This document shows, one piece after another, positions 9,033-19,392 of a DNA stretch of 64,000 nt. The position numbers were made by a program, and so were the translations under genes. A model generated the notes under the pieces. It ran no database searches, had not been told where the DNA came from, and saw nothing but the letters and a program-made list of their open reading frames with translations. Location of the stretch: NCBI GenBank assembly GCA_045612285.1, contig JAZKYS010000019.1, forward strand, positions 1,447-65,446, read 5' to 3'. The DNA comes from Elusimicrobiaceae bacterium. GTDB lineage: Bacteria > Elusimicrobiota > Elusimicrobia > Elusimicrobiales > Elusimicrobiaceae. Numbering within the stretch: the first letter of the stretch is position 1; the number at the start of each line of letters is the position of its first letter.

Positions 9033-9725
9033 ATGCTAAAAAAACTATTATTTGTTTTACCCTTTATTTTAGCCAGCGCCTTAAATGCTACGCAGATAGA
9101 AGAATACTTAATAGACACCCCGACAGCAAAAGTAGCCCCGGTAAAAACTTTTATGGTAACAAGCCGTATATTTAGCGAAGGCGGTTTGCTTACCTTTTTT
9201 TCCTTTACGCCTTTTGAACGCTTTTCTATCGGCACAGGTATAACTTTGGAGCATATCGTAGGAACAAATGACAAAGATATAAAAGTTTTGCCGCCTTCCT
9301 TACAATTAAAATTTCAAATGTATGACGGAAGCGAAACTTGGCCGATGCTTGCTATCGGTTTTAACAATCAGGGTTTTTATTATGATCACGACGAAGATAA
9401 ATATTTACAATTTGCAAAAGGCCTTTATTTATCTGCCACGCAGGAAGTTTTTACTGAAGGTTTAATGTTTAATTACGGCGCAAATATCACAACCGATGGC
9501 TTTGAGTTTGACAAACTACACGCTTTTACGGCATTAAATTATGATATCACAAATTATTTGGCCTTTATGGTTGAGTGGGATAATATACGCTCTATTAAAA
9601 CTTCCCGTGTAAATAGCGGGTTAAGAGTTTATATTTCCGAATTTTTTGCCCTTGATTTTGCCGTGCGTAATTTTAATAATAAAGCAGAAAGAATTTTACA
9701 GATAAAATATAATTATACCTTTTAG
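9033..9725 (+). CDS. Hypothetical outer-membrane beta-barrel protein
   Basis: Signal peptide, amphipathic beta-strand pattern and C-terminal ...KYNYTF. Confidence 0.5.
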   Translation: MLKKLLFVLPFILASALNATQIEEYLIDTPTAKVAPVKTFMVTSRIFSEGGLLTFFSFTPFERFSIGTGITLEHIVGTNDKDIKVLPPSLQLKFQMYDGSETWPMLAIGFNNQGFYYDHDEDKYLQFAKGLYLSATQEVFTEGLMFNYGANITTDGFEFDKLHAFTALNYDITNYLAFMVEWDNIRSIKTSRVNSGLRVYISEFFALDFAVRNFNNKAERILQIKYNYTF

Positions 9726-9733
9726 GGGTTTTT

Positions 9734-10171
9734 ATGTCAGAAAAAATACAAAGAAAAATAATATTTATTAAAAAGAAGTTTCAATTAAAAATTGTTGCTT
9801 TCGTAATGTTATGTGTTCTTTTTTCAACTGCTTTGATAACTTATGAGTTTTTATCGCTTTTACAGGATATTTTCTCAAAACACCCGGCCCTTTTACAAAA
9901 TATTTTTGCGGAGGGTTCTTCTCTAGTCGTATTATTCTTAATTAAAATTGCAATTTGTTTTATAGTTATTTTGCTATTTACGGCGCTTTTATCAAACAAA
10001 ATTGCCGGCCCGATTTACAGATTTGAAGAGGCCTTCAAGCAAGTGGCCCAAGGCAATAAAAAAGTCCGTGTTTCTTTAAGACAGGGCGATACTTTAAGAG
10101 ATTTAGAAAAAGGTTTTAATAATATGATGGATATTTTAGATGACAGAGATGAGACAAAGGAGGAAAAATAA
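9734..10171 (+). CDS. Small membrane protein with HAMP-like domain
   Basis: Two TM helices followed by AGPIYRFEEAFKQVAQGN...LEKGFNNMMDIL. No output domain. Confidence 0.55.
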   Translation: MSEKIQRKIIFIKKKFQLKIVAFVMLCVLFSTALITYEFLSLLQDIFSKHPALLQNIFAEGSSLVVLFLIKIAICFIVILLFTALLSNKIAGPIYRFEEAFKQVAQGNKKVRVSLRQGDTLRDLEKGFNNMMDILDDRDETKEEK

Positions 10172-11466
10172 TGAAAAGATTTTTACTTTTCGTTTTAACT
10201 TTAACGCTTGCCGCAGGCGCCTTTGCCCAACAATACAGAATTAAATATACAACCGACGACAAAGACCCTCTTTCTTTAGAAAATGCTATCCGCCTTGCCC
10301 TTGAAAATAATTATCAATTACTTTTGACAGAACAAGATGTTATTATCGCAGAGCAAAAAGTAAAAGAAGCAAAATTTTTATATTTACCGCGCATTAGTTT
10401 AAACGCCGGCGCAACTGCCTATAATTTAGATTACCCAACAATTATACCGGAAAATCTCGGTATGCGTTTTATAACCCAGGAAGAAGGCCACGAAAACAGC
10501 GATTTGTTTTATGGCGCAGGGGTTAGCGCAATACAATATCTTTATACAGGCGGCAGAACAAGCAGCACCGTAAGCCTTGCCAAAGCAACTTTAAAAGAGG
10601 CTTTAAGCCGCTATGAAGCCGTTAAAAGCAAAACAATTTATGAAGTAAAAGAAGCCTTTTTTAATTTACTTTTCTTACAAAAGAAAAAAGAACTTTTTGA
10701 AGATACTTCCAGTAAAATTTCAAAAATTTTAAATAAGAAAAATAGTAAATCTTGGGAAAATATTTTAGTTAAATCCGAACTTGCCAAAATCAAAAGCGAT
10801 CAAAATTTTATCGGTGAAGAAACAAGAAACGCAAGCCTTGCTCTTTTAAAAACAATGAACAAAGAACTTAACAATACTCTTGCTATACAAGGAGATTTTG
10901 AGTTAAACCCCGTAGAAACAGATTTAAAAAAGTTAAGTGTTTGGGCTATGGAATTTAGACCGGAACTTAAAAGCGCCCTTTATAAACTTGAAATGGATAA
11001 TATCTCCGTTAATCTTTCCTTAGCAAGAAGATATCCCGATATTATGCTTGGTGCTTCTTATGACAGGCTTGGGGTAAATAATTTCAAAGATGAAAATATG
11101 CAAATTACCCTTGCTTTAAAATTGCCTTTAGGTTATGACTACGCAAGCCAAATTAAACAAAAACGGGCCGAACAAAGACAAACTGTTTTAAAACAAGCCG
11201 AAATTGAGGACCAAATCCGTATTGAAGTGGCGCAAGCTTATAATAAACTTCTCTTTTGGCAAGAAGAAGCGCAAAACCGCCAAAACACTTGGGAAGATAT
11301 CAGCAAGGATATCAAAAACATTAATTTCAGTGCTATAAATAAAGAAGATGCTATTAAAGTTTATGAATATTATTATAAAGCAGGGGTAGATTATTTAGAA
11401 GGCATCCGCCAATATAAACTTGCTATTGCAGCACTGGAACTTGCCGTCGGGCAGGATATACACTAA
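10171..11466 (+). CDS. TolC-family outer membrane efflux protein
   Basis: Signal peptide and duplicated OEP-type repeat architecture, 431 aa. Confidence 0.8.
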   Translation: MKRFLLFVLTLTLAAGAFAQQYRIKYTTDDKDPLSLENAIRLALENNYQLLLTEQDVIIAEQKVKEAKFLYLPRISLNAGATAYNLDYPTIIPENLGMRFITQEEGHENSDLFYGAGVSAIQYLYTGGRTSSTVSLAKATLKEALSRYEAVKSKTIYEVKEAFFNLLFLQKKKELFEDTSSKISKILNKKNSKSWENILVKSELAKIKSDQNFIGEETRNASLALLKTMNKELNNTLAIQGDFELNPVETDLKKLSVWAMEFRPELKSALYKLEMDNISVNLSLARRYPDIMLGASYDRLGVNNFKDENMQITLALKLPLGYDYASQIKQKRAEQRQTVLKQAEIEDQIRIEVAQAYNKLLFWQEEAQNRQNTWEDISKDIKNINFSAINKEDAIKVYEYYYKAGVDYLEGIRQYKLAIAALELAVGQDIH

Positions 11467-11472
11467 ACAATA

Positions 11473-12417
11473 ATGAAGAAATTATTTTTCTGTTTACTCA
11501 CTTTAACTTTAGCCTTAAACTCTTTTGCTTTGACAAGTAAAGAGGAAGATACTTTACTGCGGGAATTTTTATGGCACGAATTTGTTTTGCTGCCAAAAGA
11601 TAAAAGACCGAAAATAGGCATAACACTTTCTGCGGGCGGCTTAAGAGGTTTTTCGCATATCGGCTCAATGGAAGTGCTTATGGAAAGCGGACTGCCGGTT
11701 GATTATATGACCGGCACTTCTATGGGTTGTATCGTGGGCGCTTTGTTTAGCGCAGGCGTAAGCCGTGAGCGTATGTATAAACTTGCCAGTGATATGCCGC
11801 TTTCTACCTTATCCAGCGATTTAACTTTAGTCGGTGCTATGAAGTTTTTGTTTAATGATAAACTTTTTTCTTCCCAAAAATTCCAAGATTTTATTGATAG
11901 GGAAATAGGCGGGGTTTATTATGAAAATTTAAATATCCCCTTTGCCTGTGTTTCGGCTGATATTAAAACCGGAGAAAAAATTATCTTTGATAGCGGCCCT
12001 GTGGCACGCGGTGTTAGGGCAAGTATGAATTTGCCCGGTATTTTTGCGCCGGTTGAATACCGCCAACGCTATCTTGTTGACGGCGGCGTTGTTGATTATA
12101 TGCCTGTTGATATCGTGCGCGATATGGGAGCCGATTGGGTTTTAGCAATATTTGCTTTGCCTGATTATTCTAAAAATGTGCCTTCTACTATTATGGGTTA
12201 TGTTTTAAGAACGGCAGATTTAAGAGGTGCCTACTTAACGGCAAATTCCGAAAAAACCGCAAATTTTGTTATTGCCGCAAGAGTCGGTGATATCGGTGCA
12301 ATGGATGTAAAAGAAACTTTGCGGGCTGTTGATATAGGAGCAAAAGCAACTATAAAAGATTTGGCTGCTTTACAGGAAAATTTGCTTTTGTTTAGCACAG
12401 ATTATGTATTTAAATAG
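11473..12417 (+). CDS. Patatin-like phospholipase
   Basis: GGLRG oxyanion motif, GTSMG nucleophile elbow and DGG catalytic Asp. Confidence 0.85.
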   Translation: MKKLFFCLLTLTLALNSFALTSKEEDTLLREFLWHEFVLLPKDKRPKIGITLSAGGLRGFSHIGSMEVLMESGLPVDYMTGTSMGCIVGALFSAGVSRERMYKLASDMPLSTLSSDLTLVGAMKFLFNDKLFSSQKFQDFIDREIGGVYYENLNIPFACVSADIKTGEKIIFDSGPVARGVRASMNLPGIFAPVEYRQRYLVDGGVVDYMPVDIVRDMGADWVLAIFALPDYSKNVPSTIMGYVLRTADLRGAYLTANSEKTANFVIAARVGDIGAMDVKETLRAVDIGAKATIKDLAALQENLLLFSTDYVFK

Positions 12418-13375
12418 AACACTCATTTTTATTTCTTTTTTGCTTATGGCTTTAAATGCCAATGCTATTTTTGGCTTAAAAGGCAGAACTGAGCAAAAAG
12501 AACAAATCGCCAAAGCGCGCGAGGCCTTTGCTGCGGAAAATTACCCCGAAACTATCCGCCTAATGAAAGAATTTACTTTAAGAGATGCCCCAAAAAGAAG
12601 AATAAAAAGAGCTTATGTTTTAATTGCAGATTCCTATATCGCTATGGAAGAATATGACAAAGCAATGCTCACTTTAAGCGAAGCTTTGGAGTTTTACCCA
12701 AAAGATACCGGACTGCGCTTAACCTTAGCTGAGGTTTATTATATTTGCGATTTAAACACCCGCGCTATTGAAGAATATGAGCATGTTTTAAATCTTGATA
12801 AAGATAATCCTAAAGCAATTTTAGGCCTTGCCCAGGCTATGCTTAAAGAAGGTTTTTACAGTAAGGCTTGCGAGTATTTTAAAAAGTATATAGAATTAAC
12901 AAATTCCCAGGCGGCAAATGTCTATTATAATTATGCCAAAAGCAATTATATGGCAAATAATTTTGAGCCGGCCCTTGAACTTGCTTTGATTTCTTTTGAA
13001 CAAAAGGAAACACCCGATACTAAACTTTTAATTGCAAAAATTTATAAAAGCCAGGGCAAACTTGAAAAGGCCCTTTTAACTGTCCGCGATGCGTGGCTTT
13101 TGGATATTAACAGGGAAGATATTTATTTGACCTATGCTTTGTGGACAGCTTATGAAAAATCTACCGCAAAACAAGGGCTTGAAATGGCGCAAGATTATCT
13201 AAAAGAACACCCAAAAAACCGCCTTGCTTTATTTGTTCAATATATCGCTTATACGCGCCTTGGCAAAGAGAAAAAGGCAAAAGAATCTTTAAGAAAAATT
13301 ACTGCTTCAAAAGAAAAAGGCTTCATTAACAATCTAGCTGTTAAAATTTTGGGAAATACTGATTTAGACAAATAA
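12404..13375 (+). CDS. TPR-repeat protein
   Basis: N-terminal signal/anchor followed by several TPR-like repeats. Confidence 0.7.
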   Translation: MYLNRTLIFISFLLMALNANAIFGLKGRTEQKEQIAKAREAFAAENYPETIRLMKEFTLRDAPKRRIKRAYVLIADSYIAMEEYDKAMLTLSEALEFYPKDTGLRLTLAEVYYICDLNTRAIEEYEHVLNLDKDNPKAILGLAQAMLKEGFYSKACEYFKKYIELTNSQAANVYYNYAKSNYMANNFEPALELALISFEQKETPDTKLLIAKIYKSQGKLEKALLTVRDAWLLDINREDIYLTYALWTAYEKSTAKQGLEMAQDYLKEHPKNRLALFVQYIAYTRLGKEKKAKESLRKITASKEKGFINNLAVKILGNTDLDK

Positions 13376-13379
13376 AAAA

Positions 13380-13450
13380 CTCCGGGACTAGGACTCGAAC
13401 CTAGGCTAAACGCTCCAGAGGCGCTTGTGCTACCATTACACCATCCCGGA
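13380..13450 (-). tRNA. tRNA-Gln (anticodon CTG)
   Basis: Manual cloverleaf: acceptor TCCGGGA/TCCCGGA, D arm GTGT/GCAC, anticodon stem AGCGC/GCGTT with loop CTCTGGA, T arm CTAGG-TTCGAGT-CCTAG. CCA is not encoded. Confidence 0.85.
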
Positions 13451-13637
13451 ATATAAAAATATTCTCTAATCTTATTTTATCATTTTTGGCTTTTACTTGC
13501 TAGATTTTATTTCATCTCATCATCCTACAAAAATGTTATAGCTTTTACTTTGTAAAAGTAATTTATTTACTACTGTTTTTACAAATATCTTATTTTTTCA
13601 GTCGGTAATATTTTTATTTATCGTCGTAGAAATTGAC

Positions 13638-13663
13638 TTGATTTTCAAAAAAAAAAATAAAAT
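13638..13663 (+). promoter_or_regulatory. Candidate promoter with A11 tract in spacer (TTGATT-ttc-A11-TAAAAT)
   Basis: -35-like TTGATT at 13638-13643, A11 at 13647-13657, -10-like TAAAAT at 13658-13663. Near-identical block at 32121-32147 upstream of another pilin-like gene. Confidence 0.5.
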
Positions 13664-13683
13664 ATTGGTAGCTGAAGAAATAC

Positions 13684-13724
13684 CCCACCCTTTATCCCTC
13701 CCCTCTTTAAAAAAGAAGGGAGGG
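13684..13724 (+). repeat. CCCTCCC/GGGAGGG hairpin module (copy 1) in 5' UTR of pilin-like gene
   Basis: CCCACCC 13684-13690 and CCCTCCC 13696-13702 are two candidate 5' arms for GGGAGGG 13718-13724. Homologous modules at 43558-43614 and 56736-56792. Confidence 0.6.
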
Positions 13725-13751
13725 AAATATAAGGAAAAGGAGAAAATAAAA

Positions 13752-14243
13752 ATGAAAACAAATAAAGGGTTTACTTTAATTGAATTATTAGTAGTAGTCT
13801 TAATTATAGGTATTTTAGCAGCTATTGCCCTACCGAAATATCAAGTAGCTGTAGTTAAAAGCCGTTATTCCACAATGAAAGAATTAGCTAATTCTATTAA
13901 AGAAGCACAAGAAGTATATTATTTAGCCCACGGAGAATATGCCGCAACTTTGCCAGAATTAGATATTACACTTGGCGATAGCACAACTGATAAACAAGAA
14001 TACCCTTGGGGTTATTGTGCCATTGAAAAAAACAATGCTCTTGTTTATTGTGCAAACACTCAAATAGGTATGGAATATCAAATAATTTTTAATAATCACC
14101 CAGCTACTTCAATAGCAGGGAAGCGCCAATGCGTAGCTTACGGCAATGATTTATCTGCCCCTAATCATAGTATTTGTAAACAAGAAACAGGCTTAGTTAA
14201 TCCAACAAGTCCAGGTCAAAAACACAGCATTTATAATTACTAA
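13752..14243 (+). CDS. Prepilin-type N-terminal cleavage/methylation domain protein (pilin-like)
   Basis: Start moved to ATG 13752 (MKTNKG|[24 protein letters not shown]) behind SD AAGGAAAAGGAG. The TTG 13638 extension in the ORF track covers the promoter region. Confidence 0.85.
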   Translation: MKTNKGFTLIELLVVVLIIGILAAIALPKYQVAVVKSRYSTMKELANSIKEAQEVYYLAHGEYAATLPELDITLGDSTTDKQEYPWGYCAIEKNNALVYCANTQIGMEYQIIFNNHPATSIAGKRQCVAYGNDLSAPNHSICKQETGLVNPTSPGQKHSIYNY

Positions 14244-14262
14244 TAAAAATATCCTTACAATT

Positions 14263-14294
14263 AAAAAACCCCTGCCGTAAAAGCAGGGGTTTTT
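14263..14294. terminator. Bidirectional intrinsic terminator
   Basis: AAAAAA-CCCCTGC-cgtaaaa-GCAGGGG-TTTTT between convergent genes. Confidence 0.8.
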
Positions 14295-14318
14295 ATTTTT
14301 ACTATTTCCTAAAAATTT

Positions 14319-14903
14319 TTAGAAATAGAATCTGCCAACTAAAGCACCGCTGATACCGCTTCTATCGGTTTTATAACCGTTTTTTTCCATTTTAGCAGAA
14401 ATATTATATTTTGCTTCAACACCTAAAGCAAAAAGTTGTGTAAATCTATATTCTGCACCGGCAACAACATGAGGGAAAACTTTGGTTTTATGTTCTTTAA
14501 ACTCACCAGCTTCAAGTTCGGTTCTCATATAAGTTGCACCGACACCGCCATATAAGCTAACGGCGTTTATACCTTTGTCCATTCTATAATAAACGGTTAA
14601 AGGAATGCCGTAAGTGCTTTCTGTAAGTTTATCAGTGCCGACTTTTAGTTCATTATCACCGTAAACATCAACACCAAGTCTAAGACCGAGTTTGCCGGTT
14701 TCGTTTAAAGCCCATTCATATTGGCCTTCAATAGCAAAAATGCCATAACCTTCGTCAAGTTCACCACCAAAAGCATCATGCATTTGTTTTAAGGTTTTAG
14801 GGTCATTTTGACCTGCGCCAAGTTTTAAACCTAAGCCCCAATCGCTGGCAAAAGCGGCAGAGGCGACAAATACTGCGAGCACTGCTAAGACTAATTTTCT
14901 CAT
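14319..14903 (-). CDS. Small outer-membrane beta-barrel protein (OmpW/OmpA-beta-barrel-like)
   Basis: Signal peptide ...ASAAFA, alternating strands and C-terminal GRFYF. Confidence 0.7.
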   Translation of the reverse strand: MRKLVLAVLAVFVASAAFASDWGLGLKLGAGQNDPKTLKQMHDAFGGELDEGYGIFAIEGQYEWALNETGKLGLRLGVDVYGDNELKVGTDKLTESTYGIPLTVYYRMDKGINAVSLYGGVGATYMRTELEAGEFKEHKTKVFPHVVAGAEYRFTQLFALGVEAKYNISAKMEKNGYKTDRSGISGALVGRFYF

Positions 14904-15010
14904 TAGTTTCTCCTTATATAATTAAGATACCTAAATGATAGCAAAAAAATAAATAGTTTTACAAGATAAAAGTTTCTTACACGCTTTCTTTTTATGTATA
15001 ATTTTATTAT

Positions 15011-15808
15011 ATGATAAAAGCGCAAAATTCTATCGGTATTTTTGATTCCGGCCTGGGCGGGTTGACGATTTTAAAAGAAGTCAGACGCGTTATGCCTAGA
15101 GAAAATATTATTTATTTCGGCGATAGCGCCCATGTGCCTTACGGCTCTAAATCAAAAGAAACGGTTAGCCAGTTTTCTCTTGATATAGCAAAATTTTTGG
15201 AATCAAAAAAAGTTAAACTGATTTTAGTTGCCTGTAATACAGCTTCAGCTTTGGCCTTAAATACTTTACAAAAACATATTTCCGTTCCTATTTTAGGCGT
15301 TATTACGCCCGGGGCAAAAGCGGCTACGCAAACAAAAAACAAAAATATTTTTGTTATCGGCACCCGCGCCACCGTTAAAAGCGAGGCATACGCAAAAGAA
15401 ATTAAAAAATTAAACGCAAAGGCAGCTGTTAAACAAATTGCCTGCCCTCTTTTTGTGCCTTTGATAGAAGAAGGCCTTGCCGATGATAAAATAACAAAAT
15501 TAACGATAGAAAAATATTTAACGGAAATTAAAAAATTCGGCCCTTGTACTTTAATTTTGGGTTGCACCCATTACCCTGTTATAAAAAACAATATTGCTAA
15601 ATTTTTGCCAAAAGCCGTTTTAGTAGATTCCGCAAAAGAAATAACAAAAGAAGCAAAACTTTTACTTGAAAAAGAAAATTTACTAAACAAAACAGGTAAA
15701 GGTAAAATTGAACTTTTTGTAAGCGACAGCCCAAAAAACTTTACCGAACTAGCCAAAAGAATTTTAGGCTTTAATTTAAAAGCAAAGGAAATAAGATTTT
15801 ATATATGA
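15011..15808 (+). CDS. murI: Glutamate racemase
   Basis: IGIFDSGLGGLT, VACNTAS and LGCTHYP motifs. Confidence 0.9.
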   Translation: MIKAQNSIGIFDSGLGGLTILKEVRRVMPRENIIYFGDSAHVPYGSKSKETVSQFSLDIAKFLESKKVKLILVACNTASALALNTLQKHISVPILGVITPGAKAATQTKNKNIFVIGTRATVKSEAYAKEIKKLNAKAAVKQIACPLFVPLIEEGLADDKITKLTIEKYLTEIKKFGPCTLILGCTHYPVIKNNIAKFLPKAVLVDSAKEITKEAKLLLEKENLLNKTGKGKIELFVSDSPKNFTELAKRILGFNLKAKEIRFYI

Positions 15809-16512
15809 GAAGAATTTACGACGATGAAAGAATGCTAGAAGCCGGCTTTATAGGCGGCACTTTATCAAAAGATTTCGGCAATGCAAGAGACAGGGAAACT
15901 GCCAAAAAAATTTTTGCTGATTTACATTTGCCCGTTGATAAAATGCTTTCCTTAAAGCAAGAACATACTGATACAATTATTTCTATTACAACGGAAGAAG
16001 AACTTGTCGCATATAAGGCACAAAAAGAAATTATTGCCGATGCTTGGTTAATTGGTTTAAATAATACAGGTGCTATGATTTTGACTGCAGACTGCGTGCC
16101 TTTATTTTTGTGGGATGAAAACGGCAAATATATCGGCCTAGCCCACTGCGGTTGGCGCGGTATTGTTAAAAAATTGCCGCAAAAACTTGCGCGTTTAATT
16201 AAAGAAAAAGATAAAGAGGCAAAACTGCTTGCCTATATCGGCCCACATATTGAAAAATGCTGTTTTGAAGTTAAAGAAGATGTGGCAAGCCAATTTCCCG
16301 AGCAGAGTTTAATAAAAAAAGACGGTAAAATTTTTGTAGATTTAACTAAAGAAATTGTTTTACAGTTAATGGCAGAAGGCGTTGACGCACTTAAAATTAA
16401 ACGCGGCTGCCACTGCACCTGCACTTGCTGTAACGAGCAAGATTTCTTTTCTTACAGGCGCACAAAACAAAAAGATAGTTTAATGAGTTTTATATATAAA
16501 ATTGGCCGATAA
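15805..16512 (+). CDS. pgeF: YfiH/PgeF-family (DUF152) purine nucleoside phosphorylase / peptidoglycan editing factor
   Basis: TADCVPLFL and GLAHCGWRG motifs. Translationally coupled to murI. Confidence 0.75.
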   Translation: MRRIYDDERMLEAGFIGGTLSKDFGNARDRETAKKIFADLHLPVDKMLSLKQEHTDTIISITTEEELVAYKAQKEIIADAWLIGLNNTGAMILTADCVPLFLWDENGKYIGLAHCGWRGIVKKLPQKLARLIKEKDKEAKLLAYIGPHIEKCCFEVKEDVASQFPEQSLIKKDGKIFVDLTKEIVLQLMAEGVDALKIKRGCHCTCTCCNEQDFFSYRRTKQKDSLMSFIYKIGR

Positions 16513-17305
16513 AGGCTTTATGAACAGGTCCGGCCATTAAAATTTCGCCATCTTTATTTTCTATTTCAAGAGTGCCGCCTGGCATAACAATTTGCGCTTT
16601 ACTCGCAGAAAGACCTTTTTTATAAGCCGCTGCCAAAGTGGCGCAAGCACCGCTGCCACAGGCCTGCGTAATACCGGCCCCGCGTTCCCACACGCGCATA
16701 AGTATTTTATTAGGCGCAACAACTTGCGCAAATTCTACATTTGTTTTATTAACAAATAAAGGGTTATGTTCTACTAAAGGGCCATATTTGGCAAGATCAA
16801 TTTTATTAATATCTTCCACAAAAAATACACAATGAGGGTTACCCATAGAAACCCCGCAGCCGTTTAAATTAGGCAAAAGGTCTGTTAAATTTGCGGTGTC
16901 TTTTTCTTCGGCTAGTCCAATACCCTGCCAAGAAAAATCAGGTTTGCCCATATTAACGCAAATTTGCCCTTTATTATAGGCTTTTAAAATTTTACCGCCG
17001 GGGGCTTCAATAAGAACTTTTTCTTTTGAATGCTTTTCCTCAAAGATTAAACTTGCAATACAGCGTGAACCATTACCGCAAGCAGCCGCCAAAGAACCAT
17101 CGCCGTTATAAATTGTCATTTTGACATCGGCCTTATCAGAATCGGTTAAAATAAAAAGCTGGTCAAAACCGATACCTGTTCTGCGATTTGCAATAGATTC
17201 AATTTCTTTAGCAGTTAATTTAACAATATCCTGCGTTTTTCTACAATCAATAATGACAAAGTCATTACCAAGACCGTCCATTTTTATAAAGGGAATATTT
17301 TTCAT
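16490..17305 (-). CDS. dapF: Diaminopimelate epimerase
   Basis: GLGNDF, CGNGSRC and CGSGACA catalytic Cys motifs. Confidence 0.9.
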   Translation of the reverse strand: MKNIPFIKMDGLGNDFVIIDCRKTQDIVKLTAKEIESIANRRTGIGFDQLFILTDSDKADVKMTIYNGDGSLAAACGNGSRCIASLIFEEKHSKEKVLIEAPGGKILKAYNKGQICVNMGKPDFSWQGIGLAEEKDTANLTDLLPNLNGCGVSMGNPHCVFFVEDINKIDLAKYGPLVEHNPLFVNKTNVEFAQVVAPNKILMRVWERGAGITQACGSGACATLAAAYKKGLSASKAQIVMPGGTLEIENKDGEILMAGPVHKAFIGQFYI

Positions 17306-18480
17306 AATTGTTTAATACGCTCCAAAGCTTTTAAAGTATTTTCGCGCGAGCCAAAAGCCGTTAATCTAAAATAGCCTTGCCCGCCAAAACCAAAACCGCT
17401 GCCCGGCGTGCCGACAACAGCGCATTTATTTAATAACTCGTCAAAAAATTGCCAGGAATCTTTGCCAACTTCAAGCCAAATATAAGGCGCATTTTCCCCG
17501 CCGTAAACTTTAAATTTTTTGCCAAGTTCTTCTTTAATAATTTTGGCATTTTTCATATAATAAGAAATCATTTCTTTTATTTCTTTTTGGCCTTGCGGCG
17601 TGTAAATTGCCTCGGCCGCTCTTTGAACAATATAAGAAACACCGTTAAATTTTGTGGTGTGGCGTCTGCGCCAGAGCGAATTTAAGCTGATTAAGCCTTT
17701 TGAACTTTGCCCTTTTAACTCGCTAGGCACAACCATATAGGCACATCTAAGCCCTGTAAAACCTGCCGTCTTAGAAAAAGAGCGTATTTCTATTGCCACT
17801 TCTTTTGCGCCGTCAATTTCGTAAATAGAGCGTGGCAAAGTCGGGTCTTGGATATATTCCTTGTAAGCGCTATCAAAAATTATTAAAGAATTATTTTTCT
17901 TTGCGTAAGCAACCCACTCTTTTAAATCTTGATGGGTTAAGACGCTGCCTGTTGGGTTATTTGGCGAACATAAATAAATAATATCTGCTTTTTCTGCCGG
18001 AATTTGCGGGACAAAATTATTTTCCGCTTTACAAATAAGTTTGCTTATTTTGCGCCCTGCCATAATATTTGTATCAAGATAAACGGGGTAAACAGGATCG
18101 CAGATAAGCACGCTATTATTAACAGATAAAATCTCCTGAATATTACCAACATCACATTTTGCGCCGTCGGAAACAAAAATTTCTTCTTTAGATAAATTTA
18201 TACCTAAAGGTTTATAATCGCCGTTGATAATGGCTTCAAGTAAAAAGTCATAGCCTTGCTCGGGGCCATAACCGCGGAAGGTTTCTTTTTGGCCCATTTC
18301 TTTGCTTGCTTTAATAAGCGCTTCAACACAAACTTGCGGCAAAGGCAAAGTAACATCACCAATACCAAGAGAAATAACTTCTTTACCCGGGTTATTTTTT
18401 TTGAATTCGGCAACTCTTTTTGCTATCATAGGGAATAGATAGCTTTGTTCTAAATTAAGATAATTATTATTTATGTTCAT
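17302..18480 (-). CDS. dapL: LL-diaminopimelate aminotransferase (class I/II aminotransferase)
   Basis: N-terminal NYL..SYLF....R...F and ISLGIGD, with [15 protein letters not shown]-lysine motif. Coupled to dapF. Confidence 0.8.
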   Translation of the reverse strand: MNINNNYLNLEQSYLFPMIAKRVAEFKKNNPGKEVISLGIGDVTLPLPQVCVEALIKASKEMGQKETFRGYGPEQGYDFLLEAIINGDYKPLGINLSKEEIFVSDGAKCDVGNIQEILSVNNSVLICDPVYPVYLDTNIMAGRKISKLICKAENNFVPQIPAEKADIIYLCSPNNPTGSVLTHQDLKEWVAYAKKNNSLIIFDSAYKEYIQDPTLPRSIYEIDGAKEVAIEIRSFSKTAGFTGLRCAYMVVPSELKGQSSKGLISLNSLWRRRHTTKFNGVSYIVQRAAEAIYTPQGQKEIKEMISYYMKNAKIIKEELGKKFKVYGGENAPYIWLEVGKDSWQFFDELLNKCAVVGTPGSGFGFGGQGYFRLTAFGSRENTLKALERIKQL

Positions 18481-18499
18481 AACAATAGTATATAAATTT

Positions 18500-19090
18500 A
18501 TGAAGAAAATTTTTATAGTTTTATTTTTATTTTGCTTTTGTGCCTGCGCTAAAAAGGATATAACAAACTATCCGCCTAAGGCCGGGCCTATTATTGCTTT
18601 TGGTGATAGTATAACTTATGGCTACGGCGTAAGTGCTGCGGAGGCTTACCCCGCCTTGCTTTCAAAAATGTGGGATAGAAAAGTTATAAATTTAGGTATT
18701 TCCGGCGATACTTCTTTAAAAGGATATGAAAGGAGAGCAGAATTAAAAGACTTAGAACCTTCTTTTGTTTTAATTGAATTTGGCGGAAATGATTTTTTAA
18801 AAAAAGTGCCCCGCGAGCAAACACAAAAAGCCCTTGAAGATTTAGTAGATTATATCCACTCTATCGGCGCCGTAGCTGTTTTAATTGATACCGGCGGGCA
18901 CGGGCCTATGGATACTTATACAAAAATCAATAAGAAAATTGCTAAAGAAAAAAACACTTTATATATTGACGGAATTATGAACGGAATTTTTACCGATAGA
19001 AATTTAAAAACTGACCAAATACACCCAAATAAAGAAGGACACAAAATTATAGCGCAAAGAATTGATAAGGCCTTAAAAAAATATCTTTAA
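18500..19090 (+). CDS. SGNH/GDSL hydrolase (arylesterase/lysophospholipase-like), lipoprotein
   Basis: Start moved to ATG 18500 (MKKIFIV...CAC). [14 protein letters not shown] and DQIHPN blocks. Confidence 0.8.
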   Translation: MKKIFIVLFLFCFCACAKKDITNYPPKAGPIIAFGDSITYGYGVSAAEAYPALLSKMWDRKVINLGISGDTSLKGYERRAELKDLEPSFVLIEFGGNDFLKKVPREQTQKALEDLVDYIHSIGAVAVLIDTGGHGPMDTYTKINKKIAKEKNTLYIDGIMNGIFTDRNLKTDQIHPNKEGHKIIAQRIDKALKKYL

Positions 19091-19392
19091 AACATACTGC
19101 CGGAAAGAAGCGAAGAATAAAAATCATTTAATCTTTTAACAGCAATATAAAACTGATAACAAAATATTGCTGAAATAATTGTAATTAAAACGGCATTGAT
19201 AATTTTTACTTTTGTGTTTTTATAAGGTGATTTATATAAGAACCATAAACAAAAAGGGCCTATTATAAAAAGTAAAATCCACACGCCCCACATTTGATAA
19301 TACCAAGCAATATGGCTGCCTTGGCCTTTACCGCAAAAGCGGCAATAATTATCTGTTTCGTCTATTTCTTTTTTACAGTTATAACAAATCAT
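19087..19392 (-). CDS. Zinc-ribbon membrane protein, hypothetical
   Basis: CYNC...CRFC zinc-ribbon followed by three TM helices. Start overlaps the rel stop. Confidence 0.5.
   Translation of the reverse strand: MICYNCKKEIDETDNYCRFCGKGQGSHIAWYYQMWGVWILLFIIGPFCLWFLYKSPYKNTKVKIINAVLITIISAIFCYQFYIAVKRLNDFYSSLLSGSMF

Noticed and set aside
13638-13751. TTG-initiated N-terminal extension of the pilin-like ORF in the supplied track ([14 protein letters not shown]...)
   Set aside because: The extension covers the poly-A tract and the GC hairpin module and has no SD. The ATG at 13752 has a strong SD and gives the canonical short prepilin leader peptide.
16490-16512. 23-nt overlap of the convergent pgeF and dapF 3' ends
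   Set aside because: Short convergent overlaps are common in compact genomes, and no associated structure or signal was seen.
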